DNA from: an uncultured virus (IMG/VR IMGVR_UViG_3300034119_000891)
Taxonomy: Duplodnaviria; Heunggongvirae; Uroviricota; Caudoviricetes
IMG/VR virus record: IMGVR_UViG_3300034119_000891
Direction: 5' to 3' (one strand)
Length of the DNA stretch: 20,000 nt
In this document: one piece after another, positions 1 to 9,700 of the stretch
Layout of the letters: the number at the start of each line of letters is the position of its first letter
How positions within the stretch are numbered: position 1 is the first letter of the stretch
Program-made: the position numbers and the translations under genes
Notes under the pieces: model-generated
Told to the model about the DNA's origin: nothing
Seen by the model: the letters and a program-made list of their open reading frames with translations, nothing else
The model's database searches: none

Positions 1-1
1 T

Positions 2-991
2 TCTTATTCTGGTGTATTTGGTAAAAATGATTTTATTTATGTAGGTGGTCAAAAATATTTAGGTAATCCTACGATATTTAATATGCCAGCAAGTTTATCA
101 AATCTTCGTATGGTGAAAGATGTCGGTCTGTATTCTTTATCCACTTATACAGTACCTACTAATAGTCTAGGTCCAGTTAGCGGAACTATCACTGTTTTAT
201 ATCAATATCCTTACAATAATAGATATATAAACAAACTATTACCTACTTCAGTAAATTGTGTTTTTCTATCTGGTTATAATACACATGAATTTTATATAAA
301 AGATTCAGCTATTAGCAATACACCATTTAGCTACTATAACATACCAGGTATTACTTTTGATGGAATAAATTTCAAAAATTTCCATGTAGATAACACTGAT
401 GTGGGTAGTATAAATATGATTTCAGCAGTAAAAATAAATGAAGGTTCTTACATATTTAATAACTGTTCATTTAATAATATACCAATATCAAAACCTTTAA
501 ATGGGTTTTATCAACCTTATAATATAAAATCTACAGGATTTTCTTTTATGAGTTACAATAAATTAAGTGGTTATCATATAACTTATCTACCTGCTGGTAC
601 TAGATCTATAGATACAACAATTCATAAAGAAGCATATGCGTCAGAAAGATTAACCCCATCAAGTAGTACAAAAAAATTAAGAAGTGGTAGTAAATTCGTA
701 GCATTAAATGCTGGAGATTCTTCTTTTATAAATGTTTATGTGAGAAAATCTACTTTGTCTTCGAATGGTGTAGCTTATAATGGAAGTTCTCCACGTTTAA
801 TATTAAAACGAAATGGTGCAATGGGTGTAAATAATGATATTATCTTAGGACAAGCAACTGGAACATCAGAAGATTTTGCTTTATTAGCTGGATTAACACC
901 AACAGTTATAGATACTGGTGTATTAGAATTTTACGTTGATTGTGATGGAACTCAAGGTTGGATAAATGTAGATTCATGGTCAGCAAATTAA
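2..991 (+). CDS. 5'-truncated putative phage virion/tailspike-like protein (C-terminal part: beta-helix-like region plus terminal carbohydrate-binding-like beta-sandwich)
   Basis: The frame is open from position 2 (SYSGVFGKNDF...) through the ATG at 83, so the gene probably starts before the window. It is Asn/Ser/Thr-rich with beta-helix-like 'FNNCSFNN'. The last ~125 aa (DTTIHK..SERLTP..YNGSSPRL..TPTVIDTGVLEFYV..GWINVD) resemble an internal domain of the 14010..17471 protein. Confidence 0.6.
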   Translation, partial: SYSGVFGKNDFIYVGGQKYLGNPTIFNMPASLSNLRMVKDVGLYSLSTYTVPTNSLGPVSGTITVLYQYPYNNRYINKLLPTSVNCVFLSGYNTHEFYIKDSAISNTPFSYYNIPGITFDGINFKNFHVDNTDVGSINMISAVKINEGSYIFNNCSFNNIPISKPLNGFYQPYNIKSTGFSFMSYNKLSGYHITYLPAGTRSIDTTIHKEAYASERLTPSSSTKKLRSGSKFVALNAGDSSFINVYVRKSTLSSNGVAYNGSSPRLILKRNGAMGVNNDIILGQATGTSEDFALLAGLTPTVIDTGVLEFYVDCDGTQGWINVDSWSAN

Positions 992-998
992 AAATATT

Positions 999-1190
999 AT
1001 GGCTAATCGAGATATAAACAATAAAATGGTATACTGGTATGAAGGTTCATCCGCTTCCAGTATAAAAACAAAACTGAATGCACCAGTAGGATGGCAGAAT
1101 TATTGGTATAACGGATCAGTTGTTGGATTTGTTGCTGGATTTTCTCGTCCACCAGTTCCAAGAACTTTTAGTGTTTTAATTGGATTTTAA
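999..1190 (+). CDS. small hypothetical protein (63 aa), probably virion-associated
   Basis: ATG lies 7 nt after the upstream stop and the ORF ends just before a terminator. It has an internal duplicated motif YWYEGS / YWYNGS. Confidence 0.7.
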   Translation: MANRDINNKMVYWYEGSSASSIKTKLNAPVGWQNYWYNGSVVGFVAGFSRPPVPRTFSVLIGF

Positions 1191-1204
1191 ATAACTTATA
1201 CAAT

Positions 1205-1243
1205 AAAACGGACTAGCGAATTTTTATTTCGCTAGTCCGTTTT
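1205..1243. terminator. bidirectional intrinsic terminator between convergent genes
   Basis: Perfect 16-bp inverted repeat AAAACGGACTAGCGAA (1205-1220) / TTCGCTAGTCCGTTTT (1228-1243) with a 7-nt loop and T-runs on both strands, between the stops at 1190 (+) and 1252 (-). Confidence 0.9.
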
Positions 1244-1251
1244 CGTTTTAT

Positions 1252-4200
1252 CTATGCTGTTTTAACACATTTGATACCAACTGTTACAGAACCTGCAACA
1301 TCATTACCCATCAATGTGAATTTCAATAACGAATCTTTATCAACTATAGTAGTCCAATTAGGTAATACATTACTACTATTTTTAAGATTTCCGACAGTTT
1401 TGATATAATCATCTTGTGTATTATCCCCACCAGATATTCTATCGAATACTGGGAAATTATCGTATGATGATGATAAAACTTCAACATACACACTTGCAGC
1501 TTTATCAGTTAATACAACCCAATTTAATATTTGTATTTTTGCTGGTATTTGTACTATACCACTCATACCATTTGCAATTATATCACCACCACCATCAAAC
1601 ACGAAATTTATTTGTGCTGCTCCACTTACACTACTAGTAGAATTAACATAACTATATAACGAATCATATGAATCAGCTTTACTTCTGAATATTGGATCTA
1701 CACCAATAATAGAAGAATTCGAACTTAAAAATGTATATGAACTATAAATTAATCCTGATTGTCCTGTATATACATTGTAAGCATTATCATATAATGATTT
1801 GTTAGTTACTAAGAAATCACTCACTGCTGTGGAAATACTGCGAGTATATGTATCTACTTGATCATATGAAGTTTTTGCAGTTAATATTGAATTAATATTA
1901 AAACCACTTAAGTTTATATAATCTACAGCAATTTGATATGTTGCTGAATTTTGTGCAAATGTTGTATATTGTGGAGGAACAGAACCATAAACCAATCCTG
2001 TTACTGAAACATTACCAACAATAGTCAAAGCTTCATTTGGTGTAGCTGTATTAATACCAACTCGATAATTTGGATCTACATAAAGAACTGCTGAACCTTT
2101 ATTTGTAAATGTTGCTATAGCACCAGTTAGAGTAGTTTTAGTTACTACCAATGCATCAAAATTACTATCATTTACTATTCTAATTACTGATGTTTGTATA
2201 ACATTTGTTGTTGATAATGCAACTAAAGATCCTGTAGTTGATATTGTATTAAATAATGCATTACCAGAAACAGTTAAATTATTTACAGTAAAATCTTGTA
2301 CTGATGATCCATTAATCCATAAAGCAGAACTCGTATTAATAATATTATATGCATTATACCATGATGCTGAATTAGCTGTTATTATTGTTAATGATGTATT
2401 CCAATATGCTGAATTAGAAGTTAATGTAGCATATAAATTATCGTATTTAGCATATCCAGATGATAAAGAATTCCAATATGCTGAATTAGAATTAACTACA
2501 TTTGTAGCAGAAATCCAACTAGCTGAATAAGTAGATAATATAGTTGTTGAACTAATATCACCCCAAAAAGCTGAGTTTGTGGACATTAATATATAAGTAT
2601 TTTGCCAATTAGCAGAATAAGAAGTTAAAAACGAACTTATATTATCAATAGCCGATAGTGTAGAATTCCATACAGCTGATGATGTTTGTAATCTAGTAAC
2701 TGAATCATTCCAGTTTCCAGAATTAAATTGTAAAGTATTAGATATTAACGAATTATCCCATAATGCTGAATTGCTTTGTATATAAGTATATACAAAGTCC
2801 CAGTAAGCAGAATTAGTACTAAAAGTATTAGTTAAATTATTTACATTTATTACATTATCATTCCAGCTTGCAGAAGAAGCTGTTAATATACTGTAAGAAT
2901 TCATCCATGCTGAAGAATTTGATATTACTAAATTAGTAATACTAACATTATCAACATCATACCATGCAGCAGAATAAGTTGTTAATATATTATGACCACT
3001 ATCATATAATACTTTATTGTCATAAACACTATTCCAATTAGCTGAATTTGCATTTATAATTAAATATGCTACATTAGTATTATCCCAATATGCAGAATAT
3101 GTACATACTGTGTTAAATGTGCTATCCCAATAGCCAGAAAATGTTCCGAAATTAGCACTTAATACACTTAATGAAACATTAGCAGCTTCCCAATCACCAG
3201 ATTTTGATGTAATGGTTGTATATACAGATTCCCAGCTAGCAGAATTACTTGATAGTATATTAGCATAAACTGAACTATCCCAATTACTAGATGTACTTGA
3301 TACTAATATATATAAATTTTCCCAATTACTAGAATTTGTAAATACAGATGTATATGCATTATCATAATTAGTTTTTTGATCATATATTTCTATCCAATTA
3401 GCTGAATTAGAAGAAACTATATTTGTTAATGCTGATACATCCCAATAAGAAGAATTTGATAATACTGTTGAATATACATCTTGCCAAGCAGCAGAATATG
3501 TACATATTACTGTATTTGCTGTATCATAAGCAGATTTTTGATCGTATACACTAATCCAATTAGCTGAATTAGAAGATATTATACTATAATATGCTGTAGT
3601 GTCCCAGTTTGCTGAGTTTGCACAAACTACATTATATATACTATCCCATATACTAGAATTACTACTTATTACTGTATATACACTATCATAATAAGGTTTT
3701 TGATCGTATACGCTAATCCAATTAGATGAATTTGTACTTAATATATTAGTTAGTTGTGTTATATCCCAATTAGCTGAATTATTTTGTACTGTTGTATATA
3801 CAAAATTCCAATCAGCTGAATAAGAACAAACAATTGAATTAGTGCTATCGTATGAATCTTTTTGATTATATACAGATTCCCAATTAGCTGAATTTGAACA
3901 AATTATATTATATAATGATGATACATCCCATGTATTATAAGTAGAACTTATTATATCATATGCTGTGTTCCAAATTCCAGAATATCCACAAAGTAAAGTA
4001 ACTGCACTATCATATGCAGATTTTTGTGCATATACAGATTCCCAATTAGCTGAATTGGTATTTAGTAAATTTACTGTAGTTCTGTCATCCCAATAAGCTG
4101 AATTTGCACTTACTACATTATAAGTGTCATACCAAGTTCCTGAATATGTTGCAAAATCTGTGCTTATTGCGCTTATTGTAGTTATACCAAACTCCCAATT

Positions 4201-6786
4201 AGCTGAATTTGAATATACCAATAGATAAGAAGAATCCCAAGTACTAGAAATTACTCCATATGTATTTAATATATCAGTAGTATCCCATGATGCAGAATAC
4301 GTGGATAATAATGAATATGTATCATTCCAGCTTGCTGAATTAGCTACATAACTATTATATAATTCCCCTAAATTATTTGCTGCTTCTGTCCATGCAGCAG
4401 AGGATGTGCATACTATAGAATATGTATTATTCCAATTAGCAGAATTTGTTATAAATTCTGTTGATAATACATTAAAATTCGATGCGACAAGATCCCAGTT
4501 TCCAGAATTAGATACTACTGCATTATATGCTAAATCGTATTTTGATTTATTATCATAAACGGAATTCCAATTTGCACTGTTAGCGCATAATATATTTGAT
4601 GCTGATGAAATATCCCAATTAGCAGAATATGCGAGAACTGTGTTGTATGCATCATCCCAAGTTGAAGAGTTGCTAGCATAATCAGTGCTTAAAATATTTA
4701 AGTTTAAAATAGTATATTCCCAATTAGCAGATTTTGATGATACTATATTATACGAATTTTCCCAAAAACCAGAAGATGATGATATTAAATTAATTAATTC
4801 TGTATTATCCCAAAGAGCAGAATATGTAGATACTGTAGTATACGCATTATCCCAATTAGCAGAATTAGTATTATAATTATTTGTTAAAATATCAATATTA
4901 TTAGATGCTGTATCCCAATTACTAGAGGTAGAATATACTATATTGTATCCTTCATTCCAATTAGCTGAATTAGCAGCAAATACAGATGATACTGCATTAA
5001 AATTAGATGTTACTGCGCTCCAATCAGCTGAATATGTGCATACAACTGTATATGAACTGTCGTAATTAGGCTTTTGTTCGTATACAGATTGCCAATTAGC
5101 TGAATTAGAAGATATTATAGTTAAGTTTGTTGTATCGTTCCAAGAACCAGAATAAATTGTTGTTGTGGTATATGTATTATCCCAATTAGAAGAATTTGAT
5201 TGATATTCTGTACTTAATGTACGTATTCCAGTTTTTGCTTCTTCCCATATTCCAGAATTTGAATTTAAATTAGTATAAGCATCTTCCCAATAACCTGATT
5301 GTGCTGCTAATAAATTTTTTAAAGATGTTGTATCCCAATTTGTTGCTGAATATGTATTTACTGTATTATATACACTATCCCAATTACCAGAATTGGAATT
5401 ATAATTATTTATTAAATTAGTTATATCAGTTAAACTTTGTTCCCAATTAGCAGAATTTGAACTTAGTATATTATATGATTCGTTCCATGAACTTGAATTA
5501 GTTTGTAATACTGTTGATATAGCACCAAAATTTGTTGCTACATAATTCCAATCAGCTGAATATGTGCATACAACTGTATATGAATTGTCGTAACTAGATT
5601 TTTGTTCATATACAGATTGCCAATCTGCTGAAAAGGTGCTTACAATATTTAAATATTGTGTGTCATTCCATACTGAAGATAAACCAGATGTTGTTGCATA
5701 AGTACTTTCCCAATTAGCTGAAAATGTATTATAATCAGTTAATAAATTATTAATATCATTTTTTGCAGTTTCCCAACTTGAAGATGTTACAGATACTACA
5801 GTATAAGTATCTACCCAATTACTGGAATTGGATTGCAATAAACTAATTATTTCTGTTTTATCCCATGACGCAGAATATGTACATACAGTTGTATATGTAT
5901 TGTCTAATGTAGTTGAATTAGTACTAAAAGTATTTGTTAAATTTTGTAAATCTATTATTGATTGATCCCATATAGCAGAATTTGCACATATTATATTATA
6001 AGAAGTAGTCCAATCTGCTGAAAATGTATTTACTGTATTTACTATTGGTGTTGTAATAGCTGCTGCACTTAACCAATCAGCAGATGATGCACTAACAATA
6101 GATAACATACCATCGTATGCTGGTGCTTGATTATATAAATAATTCCAATTTGAAGAATTAGCTTCTACAACGGTAGAAACTCTATTATATCTTTCTGGGT
6201 CTAGATTAATCCATGATGAACTATTATTTTGTACTACATTATATGTTTCATTCCATTTACCGCTTGCATTTGCTATAACACTAGTGTCCTCTTCCAAGAC
6301 ATTTAATAAATTCATTATATGACTTGGATATTTTATGTTAGAACCATTAATAGTACTAAGATATAATACAGCTGTAGCTTGATTTTGTCCGTCACTTATA
6401 GTATAATATATTTCTTCTTCAGCATTAAAACCATAAGATTTATAATATAAAGTTTTATTTTCATATCTAATAAAACCATATCTTGCTTCTGATACATTAA
6501 CAATTTGTAAGTTTGCTCCTATATCTAAATCACCAACATAGCTACTGACATCTATTTCAATATTTTCATCAGTATTTTTAATTAAATATATATCTTGAGC
6601 AGAAGGTGCTTGATTTGTTGTTGTTACAAAATTAGTTTCTGTTCTAGTTCCACCAGAATCTGTAATTTTATATACATAATAATCGTTACCATAGAAGCCT
6701 GGATTGGGTGTATAGACAAATTCGTTTCCGTTCCAATACACTTTTCCATATAAAGGTTCTTTTATAATAACAACATTAATAGACAT
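1252..6786 (-). CDS. giant repetitive fibre/adhesin-like virion protein A (1844 aa): 2 Ig/cadherin-like (Big_9/tandem-95-like) domains, Trp-anchored NSANW repeat stalk, beta-fibre module, C-terminal domain
   Basis: N-terminal 'PLYGKV...FVYTPNPGFYGNDYYVYKITD...NQAPSAQD' matches the tandem-95/Big_9 pattern. About 1300 aa of S(A/S)NW repeats follow. 'VGINTATPNEALTIVGNVSVTG' is a common phage fibre motif. The C-terminal 'FVFDGGG...IQILNW...SYDNFP...KN...NWTT...LLKF' domain is shared with paralog B. Confidence 0.75.
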   Translation of the reverse strand: MSINVVIIKEPLYGKVYWNGNEFVYTPNPGFYGNDYYVYKITDSGGTRTETNFVTTTNQAPSAQDIYLIKNTDENIEIDVSSYVGDLDIGANLQIVNVSEARYGFIRYENKTLYYKSYGFNAEEEIYYTISDGQNQATAVLYLSTINGSNIKYPSHIMNLLNVLEEDTSVIANASGKWNETYNVVQNNSSSWINLDPERYNRVSTVVEANSSNWNYLYNQAPAYDGMLSIVSASSADWLSAAAITTPIVNTVNTFSADWTTSYNIICANSAIWDQSIIDLQNLTNTFSTNSTTLDNTYTTVCTYSASWDKTEIISLLQSNSSNWVDTYTVVSVTSSSWETAKNDINNLLTDYNTFSANWESTYATTSGLSSVWNDTQYLNIVSTFSADWQSVYEQKSSYDNSYTVVCTYSADWNYVATNFGAISTVLQTNSSSWNESYNILSSNSANWEQSLTDITNLINNYNSNSGNWDSVYNTVNTYSATNWDTTSLKNLLAAQSGYWEDAYTNLNSNSGIWEEAKTGIRTLSTEYQSNSSNWDNTYTTTTIYSGSWNDTTNLTIISSNSANWQSVYEQKPNYDSSYTVVCTYSADWSAVTSNFNAVSSVFAANSANWNEGYNIVYSTSSNWDTASNNIDILTNNYNTNSANWDNAYTTVSTYSALWDNTELINLISSSSGFWENSYNIVSSKSANWEYTILNLNILSTDYASNSSTWDDAYNTVLAYSANWDISSASNILCANSANWNSVYDNKSKYDLAYNAVVSNSGNWDLVASNFNVLSTEFITNSANWNNTYSIVCTSSAAWTEAANNLGELYNSYVANSASWNDTYSLLSTYSASWDTTDILNTYGVISSTWDSSYLLVYSNSANWEFGITTISAISTDFATYSGTWYDTYNVVSANSAYWDDRTTVNLLNTNSANWESVYAQKSAYDSAVTLLCGYSGIWNTAYDIISSTYNTWDVSSLYNIICSNSANWESVYNQKDSYDSTNSIVCSYSADWNFVYTTVQNNSANWDITQLTNILSTNSSNWISVYDQKPYYDSVYTVISSNSSIWDSIYNVVCANSANWDTTAYYSIISSNSANWISVYDQKSAYDTANTVICTYSAAWQDVYSTVLSNSSYWDVSALTNIVSSNSANWIEIYDQKTNYDNAYTSVFTNSSNWENLYILVSSTSSNWDSSVYANILSSNSASWESVYTTITSKSGDWEAANVSLSVLSANFGTFSGYWDSTFNTVCTYSAYWDNTNVAYLIINANSANWNSVYDNKVLYDSGHNILTTYSAAWYDVDNVSITNLVISNSSAWMNSYSILTASSASWNDNVINVNNLTNTFSTNSAYWDFVYTYIQSNSALWDNSLISNTLQFNSGNWNDSVTRLQTSSAVWNSTLSAIDNISSFLTSYSANWQNTYILMSTNSAFWGDISSTTILSTYSASWISATNVVNSNSAYWNSLSSGYAKYDNLYATLTSNSAYWNTSLTIITANSASWYNAYNIINTSSALWINGSSVQDFTVNNLTVSGNALFNTISTTGSLVALSTTNVIQTSVIRIVNDSNFDALVVTKTTLTGAIATFTNKGSAVLYVDPNYRVGINTATPNEALTIVGNVSVTGLVYGSVPPQYTTFAQNSATYQIAVDYINLSGFNINSILTAKTSYDQVDTYTRSISTAVSDFLVTNKSLYDNAYNVYTGQSGLIYSSYTFLSSNSSIIGVDPIFRSKADSYDSLYSYVNSTSSVSGAAQINFVFDGGGDIIANGMSGIVQIPAKIQILNWVVLTDKAASVYVEVLSSSYDNFPVFDRISGGDNTQDDYIKTVGNLKNSSNVLPNWTTIVDKDSLLKFTLMGNDVAGSVTVGIKCVKTA
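2310..6280 (-). repeat. coding tandem repeat array in protein A: 4 x ~525-nt units followed by 162-nt units
   Basis: Equivalent Trp codons (CCA on +) start at 6073, 5548, 5020, 4495 and 3970 (spacing 525/528/525/525), then at 3808, 3646, 3484 and 3322 (spacing exactly 162). DNA at ~5020-5100 and ~5548-5630 is near-identical. Outer boundaries are approximate. Confidence 0.9.
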
Positions 6787-6791
6787 AATAA

Positions 6792-6797
6792 TATTTA
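6792..6797 (-). promoter_or_regulatory. TAAATA putative late-promoter box 5 nt before the ATG of 1252..6786
   Basis: The minus strand reads TAAATA-ttatt-ATG. The TAA is also the stop codon of the upstream paralog. Confidence 0.65.
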
Positions 6798-9700
6798 TCT
6801 TTTTGTGACATTGAGATTAATTAAAATATAATTAGCATTTGTATTTGTTTTCAAAACAAATTTTAAATACGAATCTCCTTCTAATTCGTGTATCCAATGG
6901 TCATCATAAGCTACACCTTTATTTTTTATCGGTTTTGAAGAATCTAAATGTGGTATATTATTACCTATAATAGATGTTAATCTAGGATAATTGTTATACT
7001 TACCATATAATATGTCTACGGACGCAAAGGTTGGTTGATCTGATTGCATACTCCATGTATTAATTGTTACACCCTCTTTTAAATAGATTATTCCAGAAGT
7101 ATTTTTACGTACTGTATTATAACCAAACAAATAACTTACATTATAAGAAGTTAAATATTCTGACGATGTACTATTAAAATAAGTATACGCATTATCATAT
7201 AATGCAGAATTTTGCCTATAATATGTATCTACACCAAAATTATCTCCACTGAGTACTATGTAACTAGATAATACGTTATTTATATAAGTTTGTGTAGTTA
7301 ATGAATCTACGACAGTTTGGTAATACCCATTAAGGGGATCTATATTTGAAGAATTTAATGCATAATAATTATATAAACTATCATATTTATTAAAATCAAA
7401 ACCATCAATTGTAGCTGAACTAGAACTTAATATTGAATATGCATTTATATATGAAGTAGATATTTGTGCATATTTCGTGATTTGATCTTGTAAATATGTT
7501 GCGATAGATCCTGTTGCAGATAAATTACCAGATACAGTTAATGCTGTTGTTGTGTCTAAACTTGGTGTTATATTAATACCAACAACATTATTATTTTGTG
7601 CATTAACATATAAAATATCATTCCCAACTGAATCATTAAATCTGGATACACCGTTATAATTTCCTACAGTAAATACCGATAAAGCTGCATTTGTAGATGT
7701 GTTATATACACTAAGACTAGTTAATGTTACTGCAAAAGAACCAATTTTATATAATCTCGAAGCACTTAAATTGTTGAAGTTTCCAACACCATAACCTCTT
7801 ATATCCCTTACAGAAAAATCTATAGTATCCGATCCTGATAAAGCTATTGCAGTTATCGGATTTAATGCATTTATACTATCTGTGATCCAATTTGCAGAAT
7901 ATGTTGTTATTAAATTAAAAATACTATTCAATGAAGCACTAGTCGAACTAGTGTATGTATATGTTGTTATGAATGTATCTTTTTCATTAAATATCCAATT
8001 ACCAGAATTTTGACATAATGATGTAGTAAACGAATCCCAAATAGAAGAATTAGATGTTAATAATGAAAGATTTGTTCTATCTTGCCATTTTAAATAATTA
8101 TCACTAATAATTGATGTTATTGGATTAATATTTGAATTTAGTGTATTAACATTATTATATATTTCATCTGCTAATTCATGAACATTATCCCATGTTGCTA
8201 CATAGTTATCAACAAACAATACATCATATACACCATCCCAATCATCTGAATATGATGTTAGTATATTATTAAATATACTAATATTCCATATAGTTCCACC
8301 ATATGCTGTTACAGTTTCATATAAACTATTGAATTTATCTGTATTTGGCTTTATGAAAGAAGATAAATATTGACTAAAAATGAAAATATTATCTAATTTT
8401 ATACTACTTAAATATATATAATTAGAAGCCAAATTATAATATTGACTATCTCTTAAGATTACACCAGAGGTAGGACTGAATGTAATATATGTTGTACATA
8501 ATGATGTAATTAAATTAACATTATTATAATAAAGATCTTTTCTTTCATATACAGAGTCCCAATTAGCTGAACCTGATGATAATATATTATATGGAGGATA
8601 TGTACTAATCCATTTAGCTGAATTGCTACATACTATTTGATATATAGAATTGTAATTTTCTGATTTATTTAAATAAAAACCTGAAAAAGCTGTTAATAAA
8701 CTATAAGGTGTATTCCAATAAGATATTTTATCATTATAAACTAATTGATTTGAACTTATACTACCCAATAAATTTACATAATCAACCCATAATGCCGAAT
8801 TAGAACTTAATATAGATTTATTTACATCTATATTATTAATGATATTTAATATATTATAAGTATCATAAATCCAATTGTAAGAATAAGAGGTTATTATATA
8901 ATTTAAATTATCATAATTAGATTTACTATTATAAATATCAATCCAATTTGCTGAATTAGAACTTATAATAGATTGTAAATTAGTTATATAATCAAAAAAT
9001 CTATAATTAATCCAATTTGGTGAATATGATGTTATTACATAATTAAAATCATCATAAATTTGTTTATTATTATAAATATCAATCCAATTTGCTGAATTAT
9101 TTTTTAAAGCATTCGAAACCCCTGCAATTTTTCCTAAAAATTCAAAATTAAGATTCCATCCACTAGACAAAGATGTTACTGTATTAACTGCATTGTCATA
9201 ATTAAATTTATTATTAAATACCTCAATCCAATTTGCTGAATTAGAACTAAACACAACAAATAAATTATTTGTTGCTATTTCATCAACCATTAACTTATCA
9301 TACCATTTTGCTGATTGTGATGATATTATAGAAAAATGACCGTCAAATTTTTGTTTATTATTATAAATATCAACCCATTTTGCTGAGTTAGAACTATTTG
9401 TTGTTAACAAATTATTTATTAATGGTGCAGCAGAAACTGTGGTTTGCCAATAACCAGAATTACTATTTGATACAGAATATATATCATCAAATTTTACTTT
9501 ATAAGAATATATATCAACCCAATTTGCTGAATTACTACTTAATAATGATTCTGTATTGTTTTTTAGATTATTCCAATCATTTATTTTTTGAAAAATTAAA
9601 TTATTTAAATTATTAAAATTGTTTCTATTTATATAATATACAGAAGAAAAATATTGAGATGTATTATATAAATTGATCCAATTAGATGATATTGCTGTTA

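Noticed and set aside
1416..1637. 73-aa plus-strand ORF
   Set aside because: Antisense shadow inside the 1844-aa gene, with His/Leu/Gln-biased sequence and no independent start signal.
4685..4876. 63-aa plus-strand ORF
   Set aside because: Antisense to the repeat region of protein A and explained by its codon structure.
5020..5630. Near-identical ~80-bp repeats as a possible diversity-generating retroelement TR/VR pair
   Set aside because: Both copies are in-frame units of the same tandem array, the mismatches are not confined to adenines of one copy, and no reverse transcriptase is in the window.
2310..6280. Eukaryotic-virus glycoprotein interpretation (many N-x-S/T sequons)
   Set aside because: The most conserved motif, NSA, is not a sequon. 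No signal peptide or membrane anchor is evident, and the bacterial-type terminators and promoters point to a phage.
9398..9616. 72-aa plus-strand ORF
   Set aside because: Antisense shadow of protein B with low-complexity sequence.
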